Source: a virus (taxonomy: Duplodnaviria > Caudoviricetes). Taken from it: DNA of 64,000 nucleotides. The notes beneath the pieces are model-generated. The model was given only the letters and a program-made list of their open reading frames with translations. It was not told where the DNA came from and did no database searches. Within the stretch, counting starts at the first letter, position 1. The number at the start of each line of letters is the position of its first letter. Shown one piece after another: positions 17,157 to 26,053 of the stretch. The DNA lies in IMG/VR virus record IMGVR_UViG_3300035498_000621, positions 1-64,000 of that record; one strand, given 5' to 3'. The position numbers and the translations under genes were made by a program.

Positions 17157-17317
17157 GTATAAATTTAGTTAAAAGAGAAGATTATTCTTCAGAAAAAGAA
17201 TATCAAAAAGCATATCAAAAAATGTTAGAAGCTATAAAAAATCATAATAAATATAATTCTGATATTCAATATAATCCTAATTATAAAGAAGAATTTCTTA
17301 AAGAATTATTTAAATAA
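17153..17317 (+). CDS. Small protein (54 aa) coupled to the zincin-like gene
   Basis: ATGA overlap; MSINLVKREDYSSEKEYQKAYQKML... Confidence 0.6.
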   Translation: MSINLVKREDYSSEKEYQKAYQKMLEAIKNHNKYNSDIQYNPNYKEEFLKELFK

Positions 17318-17325
17318 CCAAAATT

Positions 17326-17622
17326 GTGGAAAATATTATATATAAAACATTAGTAGTCGATCAAAATAATAAAATATGTTATGTGGATGATAATAAAGTA
17401 ATACTTACTAAAAAAGAGTATGCAATACTTATACTTCTTCTTACTAATCCTAATTACATATATACTAGAGAATCTATTATAGAAAAAGTATGGAACAAAA
17501 AAGTGAGTCTTCGTACAGTTGATACTAATATTCGAAGACTTAGAAAAAAACTTACTAAATATGGTAGTAATATAAATACCAGGATAGGTTTTGGATATGG
17601 GTTTGATACAACAATAAATTAA
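17326..17622 (+). CDS. Stand-alone OmpR/PhoB-type winged-helix DNA-binding protein
   Basis: LTKKEY..L.LL..NPN..YTRE.I...VW...RTVDTNIRRLRKKL...TRIGFGY; no receiver domain. Confidence 0.88.
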   Translation: MENIIYKTLVVDQNNKICYVDDNKVILTKKEYAILILLLTNPNYIYTRESIIEKVWNKKVSLRTVDTNIRRLRKKLTKYGSNINTRIGFGYGFDTTIN

Positions 17623-17630
17623 AGATATAC

Positions 17631-17702
17631 GCTTCCGTAATTCAAGGGATAGAATCTTCGATTTCTAATCGAATTATGACAGTTCGAGTCTGTCCGGAAG
17701 TA
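17631..17702 (+). tRNA. tRNA-Arg(TCT)
   Basis: Cloverleaf, TTCGA-TTTCTAA-TCGAA. Confidence 0.9.
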
Positions 17703-17784
17703 CAAATTATTTAAATTAATAATATTTTATTAATTCAAAAAAATTTTATATATTTGAATATAGTTTATAAAGTTATTAGAAATT

Positions 17785-17997
17785 ATGATACATACTTTAT
17801 CTTCTAATGGACTTAGATTAACAATCAATCTTATTAGATTTATACAATCAAAAGAGTTTACATTTATACTTCGTAGAAGTAGATTTGAAGAAAGATGCCA
17901 TACTTATTTAGAGTTATTGGAAAACTCAAATCTACCATATGAATTAAAACAAGAATTTGAATCTATAATACGTAGAAGATTAAATAACTTACTATGA
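17785..17997 (+). CDS. Hypothetical protein
   Basis: 70 aa; TATATTTG at 17749-17756 upstream. Confidence 0.6.
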   Translation: MIHTLSSNGLRLTINLIRFIQSKEFTFILRRSRFEERCHTYLELLENSNLPYELKQEFESIIRRRLNNLL

Positions 17998-18431
17998 GCT
18001 GGGCAGAAGAACAAGATTGGTTTGGATCTGAAGATATGATTCTTCAGGCCCAACAACGCTACTTTGAGTTAGTGGAAGAAGGTATTTGGAAAACTCAGAA
18101 AGGTGAATATCTTAGAATTAGAGATATGGACACTAACCATATTAAGAATTGTATTAAATGTATATACAAGTCTAATGGTAATTGGAGACCTGAGTATTTA
18201 AGACTCTTTGAAAATGAACTCAGACGTAGAAAATATTCATCTGAATGGAAACCAAAAGAAATTTTACCAGAAGATGATACTCTTAAATTAATTTATTATT
18301 TTGATAATGGTAAATGGAAATATGATTTAGGATTTTATTCTAGTTATCATAAAATTTGGTATTTTAGAAATAATAATACTAAAATAGAACCTGATTATTG
18401 GAGAGAAATTCCAAAATGTAATATAAAATGA
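17994..18431 (+). CDS. Hypothetical protein
   Basis: 145 aa, coupled. Confidence 0.75.
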   Translation: MSWAEEQDWFGSEDMILQAQQRYFELVEEGIWKTQKGEYLRIRDMDTNHIKNCIKCIYKSNGNWRPEYLRLFENELRRRKYSSEWKPKEILPEDDTLKLIYYFDNGKWKYDLGFYSSYHKIWYFRNNNTKIEPDYWREIPKCNIK

Positions 18432-18781
18432 GTAAAAAAATAGAAAAAGGTTGGACAAATCTTGAAGATTCATGGACAAAATCTATGAATTTACATAATG
18501 GACTTTTTCTTGCTGCATTATTTATGCGAAGAGAAAATACTACTATGTTTACTACAAATGAAATGGATTTTATACATTTAACTCATAATCTTCTTGCTAA
18601 TATAAATGATAAAGAATATAATATATTTATAAAATGTAGAAATAAAAATACATGTGAAACATTCTTTTTAGAATTCAATCCTACTGAAAGTAATAAAGAA
18701 GAATGGTGGGATTATAATGAAAAAATTCCACAATCTTATATAAATTTACTAACAGAAGTTGGAATTATTAACAAAAAATAA
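18428..18781 (+). CDS. Hypothetical protein
   Basis: 117 aa, coupled. Confidence 0.7.
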   Translation: MSKKIEKGWTNLEDSWTKSMNLHNGLFLAALFMRRENTTMFTTNEMDFIHLTHNLLANINDKEYNIFIKCRNKNTCETFFLEFNPTESNKEEWWDYNEKIPQSYINLLTEVGIINKK

Positions 18782-18813
18782 AAACAAACAACCTTTGACA
18801 TAATCTCAATTTA

Positions 18814-19422
18814 ATGGAAACAAGAAATATTTCACTGACTCTTGAGAAGGCTAAAGAGTGGTATAACAGTAATAGTGCAGACCTTAAAGAGGTAGCATTA
18901 CAAGCATATAGTGAACAAGAGCTCAAAATAAAGGACTGGGAAAGAATCAAAACCTTTAAAGATGCTTGTGATGCATTGGGCATTGATAGTTCATTTGAAC
19001 TAAATGGTGCAGTATCCAAATATGGTTTCAGAAAGCATCTTACAGCTCTATACAAGCTTGACATCATTAGACAGGCATTAAACAAAAACTATAAACCTTC
19101 ATTGGTTCATGGTACTGTTTATTACCCTTGGATTAGGTTCTACAAGAACTATGATGATGTTAAGAAAGTAGTAAAAAACAGTGACTGGGAACTCTGTGGT
19201 AAGGTTGAGATTGAAGGCACTTCTTACTATTTGATTATCAATGACTATGATAAATGCAACGGAGGTATTAGCATTTTCGGCTGCGACTATGGTGCTATTT
19301 ATGCTAATCTGGGGTTGCTCTGTTGTGAATCAAAAGAGATAGCACAGCACATGGGCAAGTACTTTGCCAAGGAAATTTTTGATGCTATGTATGTTCAACA
19401 CAATAATTATGATTGGGTATAA
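18814..19422 (+). CDS. Hypothetical protein (paralog A)
   Basis: 202 aa; shares N- and C-terminal motifs with the next ORF. Confidence 0.8.
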   Translation: METRNISLTLEKAKEWYNSNSADLKEVALQAYSEQELKIKDWERIKTFKDACDALGIDSSFELNGAVSKYGFRKHLTALYKLDIIRQALNKNYKPSLVHGTVYYPWIRFYKNYDDVKKVVKNSDWELCGKVEIEGTSYYLIINDYDKCNGGISIFGCDYGAIYANLGLLCCESKEIAQHMGKYFAKEIFDAMYVQHNNYDWV

Positions 19423-19457
19423 AAAAATAAATAAGATATTTTATAAAGTAATTTATT

Positions 19458-20090
19458 ATGCAAGAAAATAAAACAGTACAAGTAACTATAACTCTTGAAC
19501 AAGCAAGAGAATGGGCGGGAAGTAGTGATAAAGCTTTAAGAGAAATAGCTAAAAAAGCTTTTCCATATGATGAATTATTTCCTCATTTGTATTATGAGAA
19601 AATTCAAACTATGAATGATGTTGTAAAATATTTACATCTTAATGTGGATGATTATCTAGAAAAAATAGCAATGTTTAGAAGTCTAGATGATGAAACTCTT
19701 TTAAATACATATAGAATACATCTTATAGCTAAAGCTATTAATGGTAAAGATTGGATTCCTTCTGATATTGATGCTGTATATATTCCTGAAATTATATTAG
19801 AAACTTGTACTGAAGAATCTTTTGATAATATAAAAAAGCAATACGAGCCTTTTTATGAATTAGTATGTATTAGTAAAGATGTTAATTGGGAACTTGATTG
19901 TAGAAGTCAATGTGATTTTAGATATGCTGTATTCATGAATCACTCAAGAATTTCAGGTCATAGTGGTGGAGATAGAGGTTATCTTACAAATGAAATTTAT
20001 TTTGAGACTGCAGATAAATGTGACCATGCAATTAAATATTTTGGAAAAGAATTATTTAATTTTTATAAAGGAACTGCTCCTTTGAAATAA
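19458..20090 (+). CDS. Hypothetical protein (paralog B)
   Basis: 210 aa; TLEQAREW...A.KAF..EL, KYFGKELF. Confidence 0.8.
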   Translation: MQENKTVQVTITLEQAREWAGSSDKALREIAKKAFPYDELFPHLYYEKIQTMNDVVKYLHLNVDDYLEKIAMFRSLDDETLLNTYRIHLIAKAINGKDWIPSDIDAVYIPEIILETCTEESFDNIKKQYEPFYELVCISKDVNWELDCRSQCDFRYAVFMNHSRISGHSGGDRGYLTNEIYFETADKCDHAIKYFGKELFNFYKGTAPLK

Positions 20091-20115
20091 ATTTATATTT
20101 TCTATAAGCATAATA

Positions 20116-20290
20116 AGAAGACTTACAGCAAATTATTATTATTTATTATTACTATTTATTTGTTTGTTGATTACGAATTTTATAATTTATTTAATTATAA
20201 TAAATGTTAATCTAGTCTACATGAATTGTAGATATTCTAATCTTCTAGATAACTAAGAAGAAAAAATCTAAAATCTGAATAAGTTTTCTG
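20116..20290 (+). ncRNA. ACAGCAA small-RNA element copy 4 (long form)
   Basis: AGAAGACTT-ACAGCAA...AAGTTTTCT-G (G:U wobble), several internal hairpins. Confidence 0.6.
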
Positions 20291-20307
20291 ATAAATTAAT
20301 AAATTAT

Positions 20308-20718
20308 ATGGAAATGCGATGGTATCGATATTACAAAGATGATGAACGTCTTTGTAAACAACTTAATGAAAGAAATAGAGAAGAACAAAAACAAGTAATG
20401 AATCATATTTATGAACAAAATGATAAAGAGCTTGAAAAAACATATATAGATTTTTTTAATAAATTGTTTAATGCTGCAAATATTACAATGTCACATCAAG
20501 TGCCATTTTTTATTGGTCAAAAAATTTATAAAAATCGTGAAGATCTTACAAAATATGATTTAATTATTAAATTTGATTATATTATACCAGCATTTAATAA
20601 TGAACTTATAGTTCCTGAATTTCGTAATTTTGAAATTGAAAGGTATATAGATAATGAATATAAAGAAAATATAATTATTGATAATCCAATTGAATACTAT
20701 AAAAATATTGATTTATGA
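20308..20718 (+). CDS. Hypothetical protein
   Basis: 136 aa. Confidence 0.7.
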   Translation: MEMRWYRYYKDDERLCKQLNERNREEQKQVMNHIYEQNDKELEKTYIDFFNKLFNAANITMSHQVPFFIGQKIYKNREDLTKYDLIIKFDYIIPAFNNELIVPEFRNFEIERYIDNEYKENIIIDNPIEYYKNIDL

Positions 20719-21140
20719 GGTACATGTTAACATTGGAAAATGAAAAACCTATATTTATTTTTCATATTGGTCGTTATGAACTTGATTTTAATGATGAAAA
20801 TTCTATAAATAAAGTTCGTGATAATTATAATGATGATGATTGTGGTGAAATTTGTTATATACGAGCTGATTTTGAAATAACAAAAGATCAAAAAGTTTTA
20901 GACAAAGCAATTAAATTATTTCCTTCAGTAAATGATTTTAATATTTGTAAAAAAGAATTTGAAGATCTTGATAAATGGTTTAAAACTGATTATAAAATTG
21001 TAAAAAAATCTAACAATTCAACAGGTCGTGATGAGGATGAAAGAATAATATATGGTGCAATTGAACATGTAGTTTCTCTTATTCAAAAATATGAAAATAT
21101 ACCAGGATTAATGTTCTTAGGTGATGGTAATCTTTGGTAA
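20715..21140 (+). CDS. Hypothetical protein
   Basis: 141 aa, coupled. Confidence 0.7.
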   Translation: MRYMLTLENEKPIFIFHIGRYELDFNDENSINKVRDNYNDDDCGEICYIRADFEITKDQKVLDKAIKLFPSVNDFNICKKEFEDLDKWFKTDYKIVKKSNNSTGRDEDERIIYGAIEHVVSLIQKYENIPGLMFLGDGNLW

Positions 21141-21150
21141 TTAAGATGAC

Positions 21151-21235
21151 GCCTCCATGATGTAACTGGGAGCCATGAGGGACTTAAAATCCCTTGGTCA
21201 TTGCGACCGTGTGGGTTCGAATCCCACTGGAGGTA
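21151..21235 (+). tRNA. tRNA-Leu(TAA)
   Basis: Type II cloverleaf, AGGGA-CTTAAAA-TCCCT. Confidence 0.93.
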
Positions 21236-21350
21236 CTAATAAAATCCTATCCGACTTAAAGGTTAAACGGAGTTGGCGTGACGTGGCTGTCATTATAAAA
21301 AGCAAAACTTTACCGCATACAGAGGAGGGAAGCTCTGTAAAAATATTTTT

Positions 21351-21391
21351 AACTACCTGATAATTTTAAATAATTATTGGGTAGTTTTTTT
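21351..21391 (+). terminator. Intrinsic terminator
   Basis: AACTACCTGATAATT...AATTATTGGGTAGTT plus T tract. Confidence 0.7.
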
Positions 21392-21408
21392 ATTATTATT
21401 ATTTAATT

Positions 21409-21711
21409 ATGAATTTAGATAAAATTATATTTGATAGACAAATTTATAATTTGACTATATTTACACTTTTAGAAAAGTATTATCCACAATTTAATAATTA
21501 CTATTCTAAATTAAAAGAAAAAATAACTGATTATCCTAATCAAAGATTTGGACAAATTATATGTAATTATATATGTTCTGATTATTATAATAAAGATGCT
21601 CCTAGTGAAACATTAGAATTTGTACAAACTATATTTCCTAATAATCCTGATCCATTTTATGAAGAATCATATACAACTTTAAAAAGAATATATAGTCAAT
21701 TAAAATCTTAA
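21409..21711 (+). CDS. Hypothetical protein
   Basis: 100 aa. Confidence 0.7.
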   Translation: MNLDKIIFDRQIYNLTIFTLLEKYYPQFNNYYSKLKEKITDYPNQRFGQIICNYICSDYYNKDAPSETLEFVQTIFPNNPDPFYEESYTTLKRIYSQLKS

Positions 21712-21730
21712 TTAATAAATTTATAAATAA

Positions 21731-21934
21731 ATGAATACAAATAATTATTGCCAATCAGGAAGATTAGGCGTATGTTCATTACTTTTAGTTGCTTTTATAA
21801 TTTTAAAAGTATGTAATATAATTACATGGTCATGGTGGTTAGTATTAATTCCATTGTGGATTCAATTAGGATTTATTGTATTTCTTTGTATACTTTATGT
21901 TTTAGCATTAACTATAGGTAGATATGACTATTAA
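21731..21934 (+). CDS. Small membrane protein
   Basis: IITWSWWLVLIPLW, two TM segments. Confidence 0.75.
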   Translation: MNTNNYCQSGRLGVCSLLLVAFIILKVCNIITWSWWLVLIPLWIQLGFIVFLCILYVLALTIGRYDY

Positions 21935-22274
21935 AATTATTATTATAATAGCAATTGTTTTTTTAATAATTTATGTTAATGAAACAATGTTACAATTTAA
22001 TTTAGAAATAGATAATTATAATAATAATGAAAGATTTGTTGAATATAAAAATAAAGATATTATTCTTAATTTAAATCTTCCTAAAGAAATTAATAAAAAT
22101 ATAGAAGAAAAATTTAATAAAAAAATCTTTTTTGATTATAATGGATCTTGTAAAATAGGAAATTTAATTGGAATAAAAATAGATAAGAAACTTTCTAAAT
22201 ATTTTTATATAATTGAATTAAATAATAAAGAAATATATATTTCTTGTTTTAAAAGTTTAACATTAGTACAATAA
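21924..22274 (+). CDS. Hypothetical protein
   Basis: 116 aa. Confidence 0.6.
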   Translation: MTIKIIIIIAIVFLIIYVNETMLQFNLEIDNYNNNERFVEYKNKDIILNLNLPKEINKNIEEKFNKKIFFDYNGSCKIGNLIGIKIDKKLSKYFYIIELNNKEIYISCFKSLTLVQ

Positions 22275-22349
22275 AGATTATTTAAGATTATAAATCTCTA
22301 TAAAGAGATTTTTATAGATATACTTTTTATAAATCATAATAATAACATT

Positions 22350-22760
22350 GTGATAACTTTTGCAGTTGATCCACGTTATACTCAAGATTTAGAAGATGAT
22401 TTTGTAATGAATGAGGATTTAACTCTATATGAATTTATAGGAAAGGATCCAGTAAAAGCATTCTATTTAGGTTATAATATTTATGACTGGTTTGAGAAAA
22501 TAAATGAAAAACAAAGATATTTATATTCTAAACAAGCTAGACATAATAAAGATGATTTAGAAAAGTATCAAGATCAAATTATGTTTTGGTCTAAAAAATT
22601 TCCAGAAAAAGAAGAAGTTGAAATGGCTAGTTTAGCTGAATTTATTATAAATAATATGTTCTGGGAAAAAGATACAGAAGATACTGATAAAGTTAAATTA
22701 GCATTTTTCTTTGGAAATACAATAGCCAAACAACAGAAGAAAGATGAAAAAGATTCTTAA
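22350..22760 (+). CDS. Hypothetical protein
   Basis: 136 aa. Confidence 0.7.
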   Translation: MITFAVDPRYTQDLEDDFVMNEDLTLYEFIGKDPVKAFYLGYNIYDWFEKINEKQRYLYSKQARHNKDDLEKYQDQIMFWSKKFPEKEEVEMASLAEFIINNMFWEKDTEDTDKVKLAFFFGNTIAKQQKKDEKDS

Positions 22761-23163
22761 AATTTTTACAGATGGTGCATATTCTTCATCTAGAGATCAA
22801 GGAGGAATTGGAATAGTGTTTTTAGAAAATGATGAAAAAATTTCAGAATATTCTAATATGTATAAAAGAACTACAAACAATCAAATGGAACTTTGTGCTA
22901 TTATTATAGCATTACGACATATAAAAGTTTCATATGATAGTATAGTTATTTATTCTGATTCTCAATATTGTATTGGTTGTGCTATAAAAGGTTGGCAACG
23001 TAAAAAAAATAAACATCTCTGGATAGAATTTGATAAACAATTAGAAAAAGTTAAAAAATTATGTTCAGATATAACATTTGAACATATAAAAGGTCACAAT
23101 AATAATAAATGGAATGAATATTGTGATAAATTAGCTGTTAAAGCAAGTCAATTAATATCATAA
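22744..23163 (+). CDS. rnhA: Ribonuclease HI
   Basis: IFTDGA, TTNNQMEL, YSDSQY, HIKGH...WNEYCDKLA. Confidence 0.93.
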   Translation: MKKILKIFTDGAYSSSRDQGGIGIVFLENDEKISEYSNMYKRTTNNQMELCAIIIALRHIKVSYDSIVIYSDSQYCIGCAIKGWQRKKNKHLWIEFDKQLEKVKKLCSDITFEHIKGHNNNKWNEYCDKLAVKASQLIS

Positions 23164-23168
23164 ATAAT

Positions 23169-23705
23169 ATGTTAAAATTCTTTAAACTATTAAAAAGAAT
23201 AATTATTCATAAATTTTGGGTTGCTTATTATTGTTTTCAATTAAAATTATTTTGGCAAGGTATAATACATGATCTTTCTAAATTTAGTTTAATTGAAATA
23301 AAAGGAGCTTTGAAATATTGGAATGATACTAAAAGCTCTTTGTCTTATGAAAAAGATTTGAATGGATATTCTAAAACATTTTTACATCATCGCGGTCATA
23401 ATCCACATCATTATGAATATTGGATTCATTCTTTAGATGAAGGTGGAATTGCTGCTAAAATGCCTAAAAAATATGTTTTAGAATTAATTTGTGATTATTT
23501 AGCTGCTTGTAAAACTTATGGAGGAAATCCTCGAAATGAATTTTATTGGTGGGAAGAAAATAAAAATAAATTAAAAATCCATTCAGAAACTAAAAGTTTT
23601 ATAACTGAAGTATTTAGGCTTTATAATAATTATTTTAATTATTCATTAAAAAATTCTGTTAAAGCCGCAGATTATATTATAAAAAGTAAAAATATTTCTT
23701 ATTAA
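23169..23705 (+). CDS. DUF5662-like HD-type protein
   Basis: HKFWV..GIIHDLSKF..HHRGHNPHHYEYW..ELICDY. Confidence 0.75.
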   Translation: MLKFFKLLKRIIIHKFWVAYYCFQLKLFWQGIIHDLSKFSLIEIKGALKYWNDTKSSLSYEKDLNGYSKTFLHHRGHNPHHYEYWIHSLDEGGIAAKMPKKYVLELICDYLAACKTYGGNPRNEFYWWEENKNKLKIHSETKSFITEVFRLYNNYFNYSLKNSVKAADYIIKSKNISY

Positions 23706-23712
23706 ATTTATA

Positions 23713-23988
23713 ATGGAAATAATTGAAAAAGATTTTAAGTTAAAACCTATTGATGATAATTCTCCATTTTTTGATCTTGAATTATTATATACTGTTAAAC
23801 CTCGTGGTGGTGAACCTCGATTAGAATTTAAAAATGTTGCATATGGTTGTAGCTTAGAAAATGCAATAAAAAGAATTGCACATTATCGAATATGTTGTAA
23901 CCATAAAGAAGAATCAATTAAACTTATAACTTATTTTAAAGAATTTAAAATTGAACTTGATAATTTAAAAAATCTATTAAAATTATAA
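23713..23988 (+). CDS. Hypothetical protein
   Basis: 91 aa. Confidence 0.7.
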   Translation: MEIIEKDFKLKPIDDNSPFFDLELLYTVKPRGGEPRLEFKNVAYGCSLENAIKRIAHYRICCNHKEESIKLITYFKEFKIELDNLKNLLKL

Positions 23989-24137
23989 TGGATCATAAAA
24001 TAATATATGTTTCAGCAAAAATTGCTAGATGTCCAAAATGTAAGCAATTAACTGAACAAGATTTATTTGATTATAATTATTCAATTTATAAATGTTCTAA
24101 ATGCAATAATATACATTCATATGAAAGAAACAGTTAA
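23988..24137 (+). CDS. Small zinc-ribbon protein (49 aa)
   Basis: Manual translation, CPKC...CSKC. Confidence 0.6.
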   Translation: MDHKIIYVSAKIARCPKCKQLTEQDLFDYNYSIYKCSKCNNIHSYERNS

Positions 24138-24555
24138 AAATCAAAATGCTCAAAAAGTAGAAGATCGTTGGATTGATGTTCACAATGATGAAGTAGTTAT
24201 TAAAATGGGTTTAATGCGTTGTCCAGAAGCAACACCAAGAGATCAAAGTTGTTGGACTAAAACTCCTAATGAACGTAGACTGTTGAAAACACTTCGTCAT
24301 TCTTGTAAAACTAATATGCGTTTTTATAGTATTCCTGAAAGACATATTCCTGTTCAAGATAAGTTGATTATTCAACTTAAAAAGAATAAGAAATATCCTA
24401 AAACTACTTATTCTATTGAATGTCAACAAAATGATATTTCTAGAATTCTTAGTAATTATACAATTAATGCTAAAGGTGTAACTCAATCTGTTGTTAAAAA
24501 TTATATATTCAATGGAAAGACTTATGCCCCAAATGAAATTCCATTCTGGTCATAA
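24121..24555 (+). CDS. Hypothetical protein
   Basis: Track ORF 24067; ATG 24121 is the more likely start. Confidence 0.7.
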   Translation: MKETVKNQNAQKVEDRWIDVHNDEVVIKMGLMRCPEATPRDQSCWTKTPNERRLLKTLRHSCKTNMRFYSIPERHIPVQDKLIIQLKKNKKYPKTTYSIECQQNDISRILSNYTINAKGVTQSVVKNYIFNGKTYAPNEIPFWS

Positions 24556-24827
24556 ACTTACTTATAAATATGAAGGATCTCAAATAGAAGTATTACCATA
24601 TTTTTTATATGAAGTAAGTATATACAAAATACATAAAAATATGTGTAATCTATTAGATAATAAAATGTATATTTCAAATAAATTTTTAACATTAAAAAAT
24701 GATGTAAAAATTTTAAAAAAAACTAGAGAATATATAATTATACAGTTTATTAATCTATTAGGAGCTCCTCAATCTTTTATAAAAGAAAATAATTTTCCAA
24801 TATACGAATTAGAAAAAAGACATAAAA

Positions 24828-25265
24828 ATGAAAAAAGAAAAAATTGAAACGTTGACAGACCAGTTTATTGATGAAAATGGTAATATCCATCATTTTGTAA
24901 TTGCAGCAATTAGTGAAATGCTTCCTACAATATCATCTAATACTGATTATGAAGAAGCAACAATAACAAATGCAACAATAACACATAAGGTTGTTGCTTG
25001 TAATTGGCATGATGAAAATATCATTGATACAGTTGTTAAAGGACTTAAAATTGGCTTTGCTATTTGTAGCCCTGTTGACACATTCAATGAAGAACTTGGT
25101 AAAACTATTGCTATTGGTCGTGCTCGTAAAAATTCAACATATGCTTTGTATGTAACAAATCCTGGATTTATTAATACAAAACTTGTTAAAGCATTTCTTG
25201 AACAAGAAGCAGAATATTTTAAGCGTAGTCCGGAATCTTATATTGCTGGTTATAAGCGGAAATGA
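24828..25265 (+). CDS. Hypothetical phage protein
   Basis: GFAICSPVDTFNEELGKTIAIGRA motif. Confidence 0.75.
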   Translation: MKKEKIETLTDQFIDENGNIHHFVIAAISEMLPTISSNTDYEEATITNATITHKVVACNWHDENIIDTVVKGLKIGFAICSPVDTFNEELGKTIAIGRARKNSTYALYVTNPGFINTKLVKAFLEQEAEYFKRSPESYIAGYKRK

Positions 25266-25597
25266 AAAAAAATTGGATAATTATTTTTTTAATAATAGTA
25301 ATTATCTTTTTGAATTATTGCTTATTTAAATCTAATAATACTACTATTTCTGATTCTACTGAATATATTGAAAAAATAGATTCTTTAGAATCAGAAATAG
25401 ATTCCTTAAATAATATTAGAAATGATATATTAGAAAGAGTTGATACTATATATGTTAAATTAAACAATATAAACTCTGAACATGAAAAGAACGTTAGTAT
25501 TATTGTTAATAACGATATTGACGAAGATTATAGCTTTTTCCTCGAATATATCAGAAATAACAAATCAAGACTCGACAGTATGTATAACATCAAGTAA
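25262..25597 (+). CDS. Membrane-anchored coiled-coil protein (spanin-like)
   Basis: N-terminal TM plus coiled coil; overlaps next ORF by 116 nt. Confidence 0.6.
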   Translation: MKKNWIIIFLIIVIIFLNYCLFKSNNTTISDSTEYIEKIDSLESEIDSLNNIRNDILERVDTIYVKLNNINSEHEKNVSIIVNNDIDEDYSFFLEYIRNNKSRLDSMYNIK

Positions 25598-25886
25598 TCT
25601 TAAATATGCTAACTTAATATTTCTTGAACATCAAACTCTTTTTAAAGAAAATTCATTACTAAAATTACAACTAAAGAATTATGAAGAATTAAATAATAAT
25701 CTTATGCAAACTGATTCATTGCGATTAAAACAAATTCAAGAATATAATAGTTTGGATATGGTTAGAATTAATCAAATTAATTCATTAGAAAAAAATATTA
25801 AGGATAAAAATAAGATTATTAAGTATTGGCAAATAGGAGGAATTACTGTTAGTGCTGGATTAATTTTATTTATGATATTAAAATGA
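25482..25886 (+). CDS. Secreted/membrane coiled-coil protein (spanin-partner-like)
   Basis: Signal-like N terminus, C-terminal TM. Confidence 0.6.
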   Translation: MKRTLVLLLITILTKIIAFSSNISEITNQDSTVCITSSNLKYANLIFLEHQTLFKENSLLKLQLKNYEELNNNLMQTDSLRLKQIQEYNSLDMVRINQINSLEKNIKDKNKIIKYWQIGGITVSAGLILFMILK

Positions 25887-26053
25887 ATCCAATAAAATCA
25901 AAAAAAGATAAATTTGGAACTAAATTAAAATTTCCAGATAGAAGTTGTAAAATTTGTAGAAAATATCCATGTTTTAATGGTATTGAAAAATGCGTTTCAG
26001 ATTTTGCTAAATATGGATGTGGATATTATTCAGAACCAATTATAAAAGAATGA
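25883..26053 (+). CDS. Small Cys-rich protein (56 aa)
   Basis: Manual translation; ATGA overlaps at both ends. Confidence 0.6.
   Translation: MNPIKSKKDKFGTKLKFPDRSCKICRKYPCFNGIEKCVSDFAKYGCGYYSEPIIKE

Noticed and set aside
17631-17702. Possible amber suppressor tRNA (contains TCTAA)
   Set aside because: The stem TTCGA/TCGAA centres the loop on TCT, so it is tRNA-Arg
4790-21260. HDV-like theta ribozymes 3' of tRNAs
   Set aside because: No nested double-pseudoknot starting directly after any tRNA could be built by eye; needs a motif search
21175-21360. Track ORF of 61 aa
   Set aside because: Overlaps tRNA-Leu(TAA) and a terminator
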